From: a virus
Reading direction: 5' to 3' (one strand)
DNA: 64,000 nucleotides
IMG/VR virus record: IMGVR_UViG_3300047095_000811
Span: 1-64,000 of that record
The position numbers and the translations under genes were made by a program. Under the pieces are notes generated by a model. That model did not search any database, had not been told where the DNA came from, and was given only the letters and a program-made list of their open reading frames with translations. Below, in pieces: positions 1 to 8,132 of this stretch (its first letter is position 1; every line of letters starts with the position of its first letter).

Positions 1-47
1 GCGTCCTTGATTCTCTTTCCGAACGCGTTGAGTAGGATGGTTGACAT
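1..47 (-). CDS. 5' end of a gene running off the window (MSTILLNAFGKRIKD...)
   Basis: ATG at 47 on the minus strand, downstream of an AACA-N6-TAG motif at 73-85. Confidence 0.5.
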   Translation of the reverse strand, partial: MSTILLNAFGKRIKD

Positions 48-72
48 CTCTGGATTCCCAATGGTTAGATGA

Positions 73-85
73 CTAAATAGCTGTT
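73..85 (-). promoter_or_regulatory. late-type promoter AACA-GCTATT-TAG
   Basis: exact match to the recurrent AACA-N6-TA motif, intergenic, correct orientation. Confidence 0.7.
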
Positions 86-114
86 GCACCGGGCGACTCA
101 CGAAGAAAAAAGAA

Positions 115-141
115 AGACCATACCCTGCTTGGGTATGGTCT
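115..141 (-). terminator. intrinsic terminator hairpin
   Basis: AGACCATACCC/GGGTATGGTCT stem; the A-run on + gives a U-tract on -. Confidence 0.75.
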
Positions 142-145
142 GTCG

Positions 146-664
146 TCAGTACCGCTCTACTACTTCGTAGCGGACTTCCTTCGGTGCGAACCAGCGTTCC
201 TTGAACCGACCGTCGGCGAACGGTCTGTGCTTCATGAACTCCGACTTGTTGGTGTTCGTAATCGTCACCTTCATGGTCCTCTTCATGTACACCGGGTCCA
301 AGATGCAGTACTCCTGAGTCATGTGGGCGTCGTGGACGAACCTCGACTTCCTCAGATCCTCCGGGGTGAGCACCCTCTCCGAGCCCTTCAGCTGCGGCTG
401 GTAGACGTAGAAGTCCATGTGGGGGTAGTTCTCCTTCTCGAAGTACCTGCACACGTTCGGGTAGATCGCTTGGAAGCACTGCTCTATCGTCGGAGCACAG
501 GAAATTCTAGGGAGGTCCGGTTCAGACGTGCTGGACGCATGGCTCTGCTCTGATCCTGCCGGGTTCTGAGGGTACCACGTCTTCTCCAGACTGCCGTCGA
601 AGGAGATGTGGTACAGCTCGGGGATCACCGGCCTGCTCTCAAGGAGCAAAAAGGTGTCTAGCAT
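146..664 (-). CDS. hypothetical phage protein, possible ADP-ribosyltransferase-like fold
   Basis: LYHIS...PRISCAPTIEQC...HDAHMTQEY spacing resembles the H-S-E ART core; fold call is inference. Confidence 0.55.
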   Translation of the reverse strand: MLDTFLLLESRPVIPELYHISFDGSLEKTWYPQNPAGSEQSHASSTSEPDLPRISCAPTIEQCFQAIYPNVCRYFEKENYPHMDFYVYQPQLKGSERVLTPEDLRKSRFVHDAHMTQEYCILDPVYMKRTMKVTITNTNKSEFMKHRPFADGRFKERWFAPKEVRYEVVERY

Positions 665-667
665 CGG

Positions 668-883
668 TCACTGGTAGCGCATCTGCCAGAGCTTCAGGTC
701 GCGGAGAGAGTACGCGCCTTCGGCATTAGATGGTACCACCTCGTAGACGAAGCCGTCTTCAGAAGGGTAGAAGGCGGCACAGTCGCTCGGACTGGACTCG
801 ATGAGCGCCGCCGCCTCTTCGACGAGGGCCTTCATCTGAGGGGAATAGAGGTTCTTGATGTTGGTACCGGTTTTTACGGACAT
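668..883 (-). CDS. hypothetical protein (71 aa)
   Basis: ATG with AGGAGA RBS; abuts the next gene. Confidence 0.7.
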   Translation of the reverse strand: MSVKTGTNIKNLYSPQMKALVEEAAALIESSPSDCAAFYPSEDGFVYEVVPSNAEGAYSLRDLKLWQMRYQ

Positions 884-999
884 TTCTTTCTCCTTTTGGG
901 ATGGATGACCGCAATGCGGTCGCTATCTATGAGTTCGGGAAGGAAAAAAGAACGAGGGAGGAGCCGGTCTCCCGGCCCCGTCCTCGTCTCTGTATCGGC

Positions 1000-1713
1000 T
1001 TACTTCTTGGAGCGGTTCAGGAACCAACCCAGAGTAGCGCCAGAGTCCTTCTTGGCGGATGCCTTGGCTGCGACCAGCTCGACCGGGGCCTTGTCGGCTT
1101 CCGGCTTGTCGGCCTTCTTGGATTTCTTGCTCTCAGCCTTCTTCTCGGCCTTCAGGATCTTCTTGGACATCTCGACGTCTTCGGGGGTGAAGACGACCTT
1201 GACGCCGGGGATCTTGGCCAGCTTGGCGGCGTACTTCTCGGCAGCCTCGACGCGGTCCTCGCGGGTCTTGGCAGTCTTGACCTTCTGGCGGGCGGCTTCG
1301 GCCTTGGAAGCCTTGGCCTTAACCTCGTCCTCGGCCTTCAGACGCATCACCTTCTTCTCGGCGGGCTTCTTGGTCTCGGTCGTAACCTCTTCTGCGATAG
1401 GAGCGGTTTCGGCGGCGGGTGCAACGGTCTTCTTGGTGGCGGTGGTCTTCTTCACGGTATTCTCCTTCTTGGGTTCGTTACCCATCATCACTGCGATGAT
1501 GGAGCTGATTTGCTGCTCGGACATCTTGTGGCCGGTGGTCTTGGCGACTTCGTCCATCGTCTTCTTGACCGCCTTGGCGATCACTTCGTTGATGTCGACG
1601 TCCTTGGCGATCTTGCCGCCCTTCTGGGCGTTCTTGAGACCTGCTTGCGCCTTGGCCATGGCGGCTTGCATGGCGTTCATTTCGGCGGCGGCGGTGCTGG
1701 TGGTCTTGTTCAT
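1000..1713 (-). CDS. Lys/Ala-rich basic protein (histone-H1-like composition)
   Basis: start reassigned to ATG 1713 (GAAAGGA RBS); K/A/E-rich low-complexity sequence; early-type promoter upstream. Confidence 0.7.
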   Translation of the reverse strand: MNKTTSTAAAEMNAMQAAMAKAQAGLKNAQKGGKIAKDVDINEVIAKAVKKTMDEVAKTTGHKMSEQQISSIIAVMMGNEPKKENTVKKTTATKKTVAPAAETAPIAEEVTTETKKPAEKKVMRLKAEDEVKAKASKAEAARQKVKTAKTREDRVEAAEKYAAKLAKIPGVKVVFTPEDVEMSKKILKAEKKAESKKSKKADKPEADKAPVELVAAKASAKKDSGATLGWFLNRSKK

Positions 1714-1775
1714 GGTCGTTTCCTTTCTTGGAACACAGAAAATTGTCGGGGGTATAGAGGAAGTTTCCTCTGGAT

Positions 1776-1791
1776 CACGAAAATAATATAC
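1776..1791 (-). promoter_or_regulatory. early-type promoter ATATAT-TAT-TTTC-GTG
   Basis: one of 11 intergenic copies of ATATATHAT-N4-VTG. Confidence 0.75.
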
Positions 1792-1816
1792 CCCCAAACG
1801 TCCTTCAGTTACGGTT

Positions 1817-3010
1817 TCACTGCGGCTTCACCGAATCCCTCGTCTTCCCATCGCTGACGTAGGTCAGCTCGAAGGGCTTGTCTACGAAGTTGCTCGGCTC
1901 CCGGAGCTCCTTGTAGGCGCTCTCTCCCTCCACCGTGGGAGGAGTGACGTTCGCCCAAGTGAGGGCGATCCTCGACTCGGCGACCCTCACCCAGCGGCTC
2001 ATGGACGCTAGGTGGAAGTCCGCGCTGACTGCGTGGTCCAACTGCGCCACAGAGAGACGGTCGAGGCGGAGTCCCTCTTGCCACTCGTTGTACACGTTGG
2101 TCTCGTCTTTGGGGATCCCGTATGCGTCAGCATCGAACGGACTCAAATGCTCGAAACTGTCGTGGTACATAGGGCCAGCCCCGTGTCTCGTCAGGTACGA
2201 CCGGGTGACGTACACAGGATCCACCCGATGCATCTTGTTCTCGGTCACGGCAGGGAAAGCCTCCCCGAGCAGTCGCATCACGTTTGCCAGACCGGTGTTG
2301 GACGGCGTGACGTGGGGGAAGAAGCCGCTGTTCTGGTCCAGCAGGAGTCCCTGAGCTCCCTCGAAGATGCAAGGGCTCTTCATGACGAAGTGGTCTCGTC
2401 GAACGTGGACAAAGTCCATCATGTCCTTGGTGGCAGCGCAGAACGCCTCCACCGCCATCAGCTCTTCGAGAGACATGTCCTTCTCTTTTTTGTTCAGGAC
2501 GAATAGGAAGATCTTCCTTATCTCGGATTTGGAGGACTCGGTCACGTCTTGGACTGTCAGCCTGCGATTCCTGTGGTAAGATCGGACGATCGCCTTGCGG
2601 ACGCCGTGGCCGACCGAGCCGTGCTTGAGACCGCCACGGGCCTTCTCCTCCCATCGGTTGTCCATGACGTCTTGTGGGATGATCAGGCAGACGTCCGGGT
2701 CCATAGAGACTTTCGGGGTGATTCCGTGCGCCTCCAGCGCGGCGACCTCCCTCATGAAGAAGATCGGGTTGACCAGCATGAACCGGGAGATGTGGGTAGG
2801 TAGTCCAGCGAAGGTTCCCGATCCGATCTGGGAGAAGACGTGCCGCTTCCCGTCCGGGGTCTCGACCGTGTGGCCTGCCTGAGAGCCTCCGTTGAACCTG
2901 ATGACCGTCTCGTACTTCCCGGTGGCGGCGAAGTAGTCCGTCATCATCCCCTTGCCCTCGTCCCCGAAGTTGGCCCCGATCACTGCTACGTGGTTGATTG
3001 TCATACTCAC
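1817..3010 (-). CDS. purA: adenylosuccinate synthetase-like protein (divergent PurA)
   Basis: GANFGDEGKG P-loop, GGSQAGHT, EGAQG, PHVTPS and TRHGAGP motifs; lacks the TTGRxR Asp-binding loop. Confidence 0.85.
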   Translation of the reverse strand: MSMTINHVAVIGANFGDEGKGMMTDYFAATGKYETVIRFNGGSQAGHTVETPDGKRHVFSQIGSGTFAGLPTHISRFMLVNPIFFMREVAALEAHGITPKVSMDPDVCLIIPQDVMDNRWEEKARGGLKHGSVGHGVRKAIVRSYHRNRRLTVQDVTESSKSEIRKIFLFVLNKKEKDMSLEELMAVEAFCAATKDMMDFVHVRRDHFVMKSPCIFEGAQGLLLDQNSGFFPHVTPSNTGLANVMRLLGEAFPAVTENKMHRVDPVYVTRSYLTRHGAGPMYHDSFEHLSPFDADAYGIPKDETNVYNEWQEGLRLDRLSVAQLDHAVSADFHLASMSRWVRVAESRIALTWANVTPPTVEGESAYKELREPSNFVDKPFELTYVSDGKTRDSVKPQ

Positions 3011-3058
3011 TCCAAAAAAGAATGGGGAACCGCCGAAGCGGTCCCCTGTTGTTTCAGA

Positions 3059-3640
3059 TTAGCCGTTGAACACGACTTCGCCCACTTCGGACGGCACGAC
3101 GAGGGTCACGCCGGAGGCTGCGAGGCTATTGAAGAGAACCTCGTTCTCCTTGTGGATCGCGTTGACCTCAGCCTCGATGGACTCGACGATCTTCGCCTTG
3201 GCGGTGTTCGCGGCGTAGATGCGGTCGATGTTCTTGTAAGCCTTGTAGGCTTGGGTAGCCTGGTCGATGCTCATGTCGGCGACGTGGGTCAGGGTGACCT
3301 CGCCATCCTCGTCGCTCGGATCATAGGCCACCGGGCAGACCTCGCGGCTCGGGCAGGAAGCGCACTTGGATGCTTGCTCCTCGTCCACCTCGACGGCTAC
3401 GTCTGCGGTGTACATCGACACGACACCAGACACGACGCGGCGCTGAACCATGTCGGCTGCGTTCATGGTGCTCAGCAGGCCGCTGTTGAGCAGCTGCTTC
3501 AGACCGCTGGTCCCCTCGAAGATCATGGCGTCTTCGATCTTGTCTGCCAGCCCGAGGCCGAAGCCGCTCTGGGAGAGGAACACGGCCTTGCCGTTCATGT
3601 TGTACTTGATTGCGAAGGCCAGAGTTTGTTGCTTGTTCAT
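3059..3640 (-). CDS. hypothetical protein with Cys cluster (CASCPSREVC)
   Basis: ATG with AGGA RBS; phage-like codon usage. Confidence 0.75.
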   Translation of the reverse strand: MNKQQTLAFAIKYNMNGKAVFLSQSGFGLGLADKIEDAMIFEGTSGLKQLLNSGLLSTMNAADMVQRRVVSGVVSMYTADVAVEVDEEQASKCASCPSREVCPVAYDPSDEDGEVTLTHVADMSIDQATQAYKAYKNIDRIYAANTAKAKIVESIEAEVNAIHKENEVLFNSLAASGVTLVVPSEVGEVVFNG

Positions 3641-3715
3641 GATTCAGTTTCCTTGTTTTGTTGCACCGAAATTATTCGGGGTAGGAGGCCCATCCCCCTA
3701 CCCCGTCTGCTTCTC

Positions 3716-4654
3716 TTAGCGGAAGCGGGTCACCGCGCCGGTTTCGCCCGGACGGGTTGCGAGCGAGTTGAGGCCGCTCACCGCCTTGGCGACCACCAGA
3801 GAGGTGTCGCCGGACCAGCTGCTGATCACGTCGTCGACGCTCTTGCCCTCCACGACCTCGATGGTGGAGATCATGACCTCGGACAGGTTGCCGACGTCGG
3901 CCAGCAGGATGGCGCGTTGGCCCATCAGCTTCGTCCAGCTGTTGATCACGTCGTCGCGGTAGCTGCGCATGTGCGAGCCCTGCTCCACCATGATGTGGAA
4001 GACGTGCCACTGCTTGCTCAGAGCTTCGAGCAGCTGCTCGTTGGAAGGAGCCACCTGGACGTCGTCGCCGAACGCCCGCTTGATCTGCTCTGCGGTCAGG
4101 TTCGGAGGAACTTCCTCGTCGCCCACGGTGAAGAGGTAGCCCTTCTTGCCGCGCTTGACGAAGTGGTCGTGGACCACGCGGGAGTTGGCACCGTACCAGA
4201 CGAGGTTGTCGCTCTCGCTGTCGTTGCCGCCCCCGCCCTGACCGACGCGGTACATCTTCTCGATCTGGGGCGTCAGGGAAGCGGTGTCGCTCTCGAACTG
4301 CGACATCTGGATCCACGCGGTACTGTCCTGCGCCACGTCGCCAAACCCGGCGAACGCGAACTGCGGACCCTTGACGGTGCCGCGCTTGATCAGCTCCTCG
4401 AAGATCTGGCCCAGACCCTTGGTGACGATCTGACGGGACAGGTCGCCCATCGAGCCGGTCAGGTCGATGCCAGCCAGAACCGGGGTGGTGACCGGATTGA
4501 CGGCGCTATCGCGGGCCTCGCGGACCTGGAACTTCTTCGGGTCAAGGCTGTCGTCCATGCCGCTGCGATTGACGAAGATGTCGCGGGTGGACTTGGCGGC
4601 GGTGCGGGTGGAGTAGCTGCTCCAGTCGGAGCTGCTGTAAGAGGTGGAACCCAT
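3716..4654 (-). CDS. vWA-domain protein
   Basis: MIDAS-like GIDLTGSM, GGGGNDSES and FTVGDE motifs. Confidence 0.8.
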   Translation of the reverse strand: MGSTSYSSSDWSSYSTRTAAKSTRDIFVNRSGMDDSLDPKKFQVREARDSAVNPVTTPVLAGIDLTGSMGDLSRQIVTKGLGQIFEELIKRGTVKGPQFAFAGFGDVAQDSTAWIQMSQFESDTASLTPQIEKMYRVGQGGGGNDSESDNLVWYGANSRVVHDHFVKRGKKGYLFTVGDEEVPPNLTAEQIKRAFGDDVQVAPSNEQLLEALSKQWHVFHIMVEQGSHMRSYRDDVINSWTKLMGQRAILLADVGNLSEVMISTIEVVEGKSVDDVISSWSGDTSLVVAKAVSGLNSLATRPGETGAVTRFR

Positions 4655-4667
4655 GTCTTTCTTCCTT

Positions 4668-5678
4668 TCAGTTGAAGAGGTTTGACGGCTGATCGAACAC
4701 TACGAATTTCCGCTTGCCGAACGCGGCATCGCGGGCTTTTTCCCACTGGGGATACAGGTCCGTCGCCGTGGGGGCGACGAACGGGTTGACTAAGAAGTCT
4801 GCCAACTTCTGGGGCACGTCTTTCATCATTCGGAGCTCTGTGGCAGACGAGGCTCCTAGTAGCTCGATGGCGACCTGACGGGCGCACTCGAAGTCGATCC
4901 GCTGGTCTCCCATCTTGGCGTAAGATGAGAGTATCATGCTTGAAGGTGCCAGCCTCATCGAGCGCGGAGGGAGAGCGATGAGGTCTCCCCCGATGGAGGC
5001 GGAGTACCACCATCCGCCGTACAGGTGGAGGCTGTGGTTTTCGAGGTTGACGTAGAGGGAGTCCACCGAGATGTCTCCGTGCATCAGCTTCTTCCACTCC
5101 AGCATGCACAGGATGTGCATCAGGCGACCGATCGCCCAAGCAGCGTGTACCGGCTCGAAACGCTTCACCTTGTCCAGCACCGCTCTGAGAGGGACGATCT
5201 TCTCGTCCTTCGTCAGCATCAGCGCCGAGGGTCCAACGTCAGTCTTGACCGGCTCCGGGAGAATCCAGCCGTTGACTTCCGCCAGCTTCTCGTTGGGACC
5301 GGCGATGTTGCGGCAGTAGGCGATGTTCTTCTTCGCCACCTCCAGCAGGTCCTCGTTGCCGGGTTCGATGTGGTAGAGCACCTTGCCCTTCGAGACGTAC
5401 TGCTTGCCGATCTCGAACTGCCTGGACCACAGATAATCCAGCTTCAGCAGCGAGGAACCTCGCCACCAAGAGACGCACTTACCGCTGTCCCAAGGCTTGT
5501 TCTCGGCCACCTTCTTCAGAGCAGCCTCGTACAGCTCCTTGACCTTCTGGAAGTCCTCGGTGTTCCCGCCCTTGTCGGGGTGGTGCTCGGAGGAGAGTCG
5601 GCGGTACTGCGCCTTCAACTCCTCCGGGGTGCCGAGCTCGTAGAGCTCTTCTGGTCGTGTCGCTTCGATGACCGCCAT
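4668..5678 (-). CDS. J-domain + kinase-like (probable pseudokinase) protein
   Basis: YRRLSSEHHPDKGG J-domain; HGDIS catalytic loop; YGGWWY in place of DFG; start at ATG 5678 with GAAAGGA RBS. Confidence 0.8.
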   Translation of the reverse strand: MAVIEATRPEELYELGTPEELKAQYRRLSSEHHPDKGGNTEDFQKVKELYEAALKKVAENKPWDSGKCVSWWRGSSLLKLDYLWSRQFEIGKQYVSKGKVLYHIEPGNEDLLEVAKKNIAYCRNIAGPNEKLAEVNGWILPEPVKTDVGPSALMLTKDEKIVPLRAVLDKVKRFEPVHAAWAIGRLMHILCMLEWKKLMHGDISVDSLYVNLENHSLHLYGGWWYSASIGGDLIALPPRSMRLAPSSMILSSYAKMGDQRIDFECARQVAIELLGASSATELRMMKDVPQKLADFLVNPFVAPTATDLYPQWEKARDAAFGKRKFVVFDQPSNLFN

Positions 5679-5762
5679 GTCAGAATTCCTTTCAAACAAA
5701 AAGCGAGAACCACGAAGACTCGTGGTTCTCATGGATTGCTGGAGGCGACTATCGTTCTCCAT

Positions 5763-5778
5763 CACGGAAATAATATAT
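5763..5778 (-). promoter_or_regulatory. early-type promoter ATATAT-TAT-TTCC-GTG
   Basis: recurrent motif. Confidence 0.75.
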
Positions 5779-5795
5779 CGCCTCCTTGATCGCAG

Positions 5796-6041
5796 TTACG
5801 ATTCTGCGGTATTCTGAGCAGCTTCCGCCATTTCGAAGATGTTTCTGGCGATCGTGCTAGGAGAATAGCGTTCGAACGGTTGCCACACGGTTACTTCGTA
5901 GCGTTCGAACGCCTCAGCGATCAGCGAATCGTCTCCGTTGGCTTCGGCGATCGCGTCGTAGAGTTCTTCGGGAGTCTCCGAGTCGTACTCAGACAACACT
6001 TGGTCGAGCGCGAAGACTTTCCATTTTGCTTGGATTTCCAT
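5796..6041 (-). CDS. small acidic hypothetical protein
   Basis: ATG with AAAGGA RBS; in operon after rtcB. Confidence 0.75.
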   Translation of the reverse strand: MEIQAKWKVFALDQVLSEYDSETPEELYDAIAEANGDDSLIAEAFERYEVTVWQPFERYSPSTIARNIFEMAEAAQNTAES

Positions 6042-6053
6042 ACTTGTTTCCTT

Positions 6054-7262
6054 TCAGATGCAGGGGATCTCGCCCTTGAATTCCTTCATTGCCTTCTTCT
6101 TGGCCTTCCAGTCCATCGGAGCCTCGTCGGCCTTGACGTTCAAGATGGGCTTGACGTGGGCGACGACGTCCACGAGATCCTTCTGCAGGTCCATGACCTC
6201 GAAGATGTTCTTGTAGACGAACGGACTCTCGTCGAGGGTGCCCTTGTTGACCGTGGCGTAGACGCCAGATTCGGTCATGGTCTTCTCGAACTCCTCCAGA
6301 GAGACGGTCTCAAGCGCCTGCTTGCGGCTCATGACTCGACCGGCACCGTGGGAGCTGGAGCACATGGAGTCCAGGTTGCCCTTACCGCGAACGATGAAGG
6401 ACCCGTCCCGCATGTTTCCGGGGATGACCCCCATCATCCCCTCCTCTGCGTGAGTGGCACCCTTGCGGTGGATCCAGAGACCGTCAGTCAGCTCGGCGTG
6501 GTTGTGGTTCCGGTTGATCAGGAGGTCCCAGTCCACGTTCGCCTCTCCGAGAACGTCGTTCATGGCTTCGGCGATACGGCGCATCATTGCACGGCGGTTG
6601 GCCAGCGCAAACTGAAGCGCGAAGTTGAGGTCCATGATGTAGTCCTCGCCTTCTTGCGAATCGACGTGGAAGCCGAACGCTCCCTCTCGGGCCTTGCCGT
6701 CTCCCGACGCCAGCTTCATGTAGTGCGAGGCGATGTGGTGGCCGAAGTTCCGGCTACCGGAGTGGATCACCGCCCAGACGACTCCGTCCTGATCGGAGCC
6801 GACCTCGATGAAGTGGTTCCCGCCGCCGAGAGTACCGATCTGGCGCAGACCCTTCTTCTTGAACTCGGTCTGAGCCATCGAGGTGCGGTCGTAGTTGTCT
6901 GCCAGACCCCAGTACTGGTCTTCCGGATGGTGCTTCGGCCCGGTGGGGATTCGCTTCAGGATCCCCGCGTGGATCGCAGCCGCCTCGCGCCTGACGTGTT
7001 CCGCATCGACGCCGACGAGCGGCAGAGCGCACATGCCGCAGCCGATGTCGTAGCCAACGAAGGCGGGATAAACCATGTCCTTGACCGCCACGACTCCGCC
7101 GATGGGGAGGCTGTAGCCGGTGTGGGCGTCCGGCATCAGGGCACCCTTCACCACGGAGTCGAGGGACATCACGTCCAAGAACTGCTGCAGGGCAGACTCT
7201 TCGAGCACCTGCGCGTAGATCTTGTACGGCTTGCCGATGGCCTCCAGTTGTTCGATTTTCAT
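6054..7262 (-). CDS. rtcB: RtcB family RNA ligase
   Basis: MPDAH, DIGCG, GTLGGGNHFIE, HSGSR, HNH, HRKGAT, HGAGR and DESP..YK motifs. Confidence 0.95.
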   Translation of the reverse strand: MKIEQLEAIGKPYKIYAQVLEESALQQFLDVMSLDSVVKGALMPDAHTGYSLPIGGVVAVKDMVYPAFVGYDIGCGMCALPLVGVDAEHVRREAAAIHAGILKRIPTGPKHHPEDQYWGLADNYDRTSMAQTEFKKKGLRQIGTLGGGNHFIEVGSDQDGVVWAVIHSGSRNFGHHIASHYMKLASGDGKAREGAFGFHVDSQEGEDYIMDLNFALQFALANRRAMMRRIAEAMNDVLGEANVDWDLLINRNHNHAELTDGLWIHRKGATHAEEGMMGVIPGNMRDGSFIVRGKGNLDSMCSSSHGAGRVMSRKQALETVSLEEFEKTMTESGVYATVNKGTLDESPFVYKNIFEVMDLQKDLVDVVAHVKPILNVKADEAPMDWKAKKKAMKEFKGEIPCI

Positions 7263-7275
7263 GATTTGTTTCCTT

Positions 7276-7809
7276 TTAACGTTCGTCGTTGACCGTCATT
7301 TCGGTCGAGTTGATGACGTCCCAGAGATTTTCTCCGGGCTTGGCCTTGATGGTGAGCTGGCTGTAGCCGTCGTCGAAGGCTATGACCTCGACGCACTGGA
7401 ACAGGTGTCCGTACCGCGCTTCTGCAACCCTGCGGATCATCTCCGGAAGATTCTCCTCTCCGGGGATGGCGATCGGGTAGAACTGGAGGTAGGCGTGGTC
7501 CTCCCCGTAGTACACGAACTCCGTGTTCTCGAAGCGGATGGGGATGCATGCGTAGTACTCGCCGGTGGACTCTTCGAAGATGAACTTCGTCTCGCCCTCG
7601 GGAGGCTGCGCCACGTTCACGGACTGGATTGTGCAGTTCTCGTCCCCGGTCGCCCCGCAGAAGGCGATGGCGATGTCGCTCCGTACGCCGTTCTCGTCGA
7701 AGCAGTTCGTGTCGGAACCCTTGCGGGCCTCGTAAGCGAGCTGCTGGTCGGTGGTGGCGAAACCTTGGGTCTTGGCTTCGTTCCAGGCCACGTAGAATTT
7801 CTCAGGCAT
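7276..7809 (-). CDS. hypothetical protein
   Basis: ATG 7809 with AGGAG RBS. Confidence 0.7.
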   Translation of the reverse strand: MPEKFYVAWNEAKTQGFATTDQQLAYEARKGSDTNCFDENGVRSDIAIAFCGATGDENCTIQSVNVAQPPEGETKFIFEESTGEYYACIPIRFENTEFVYYGEDHAYLQFYPIAIPGEENLPEMIRRVAEARYGHLFQCVEVIAFDDGYSQLTIKAKPGENLWDVINSTEMTVNDER

Positions 7810-8065
7810 TTTCGTTCTCCTTGTCAAATTCCTGACGAGCAACCAGCAATCCGGTGCTCTCGAACGCGTCATTGAACTCGATGCGCTGGTACTCGATCCT
7901 CTTGGAGGATTCGATTCGATGTCGCAGCAAGCTGAGAGCGTGGTCGATTCCTTTGAACGCCACGGTCTTGTCCATCATTCGACGGGCGTAAGTCTCTTTT
8001 GCTTCGTCCTCGGTCATGTCGAGGAAGCAGAGGAAGCCGATCTTGGTGATGCTGTGCTTCTTCAT
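7802..8065 (-). CDS. hypothetical protein
   Basis: ATG 8065 with AGGAGA RBS; overlaps the next start. Confidence 0.65.
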   Translation of the reverse strand: MKKHSITKIGFLCFLDMTEDEAKETYARRMMDKTVAFKGIDHALSLLRHRIESSKRIEYQRIEFNDAFESTGLLVARQEFDKENENA

Positions 8066-8132
8066 TCTTTCTCCTTCCAAAAAATAAGGCGGGTCCTTTC
8101 GGAGCCCGCCTCTGATTACTTCACTTCAACGA

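Noticed and set aside
1817-3010. PurZ (Z-genome) assignment
   Set aside because: The catalytic Asp of GDEGKG is retained (PurZ has Ser there), and no DatZ/MazZ-like neighbours are visible.
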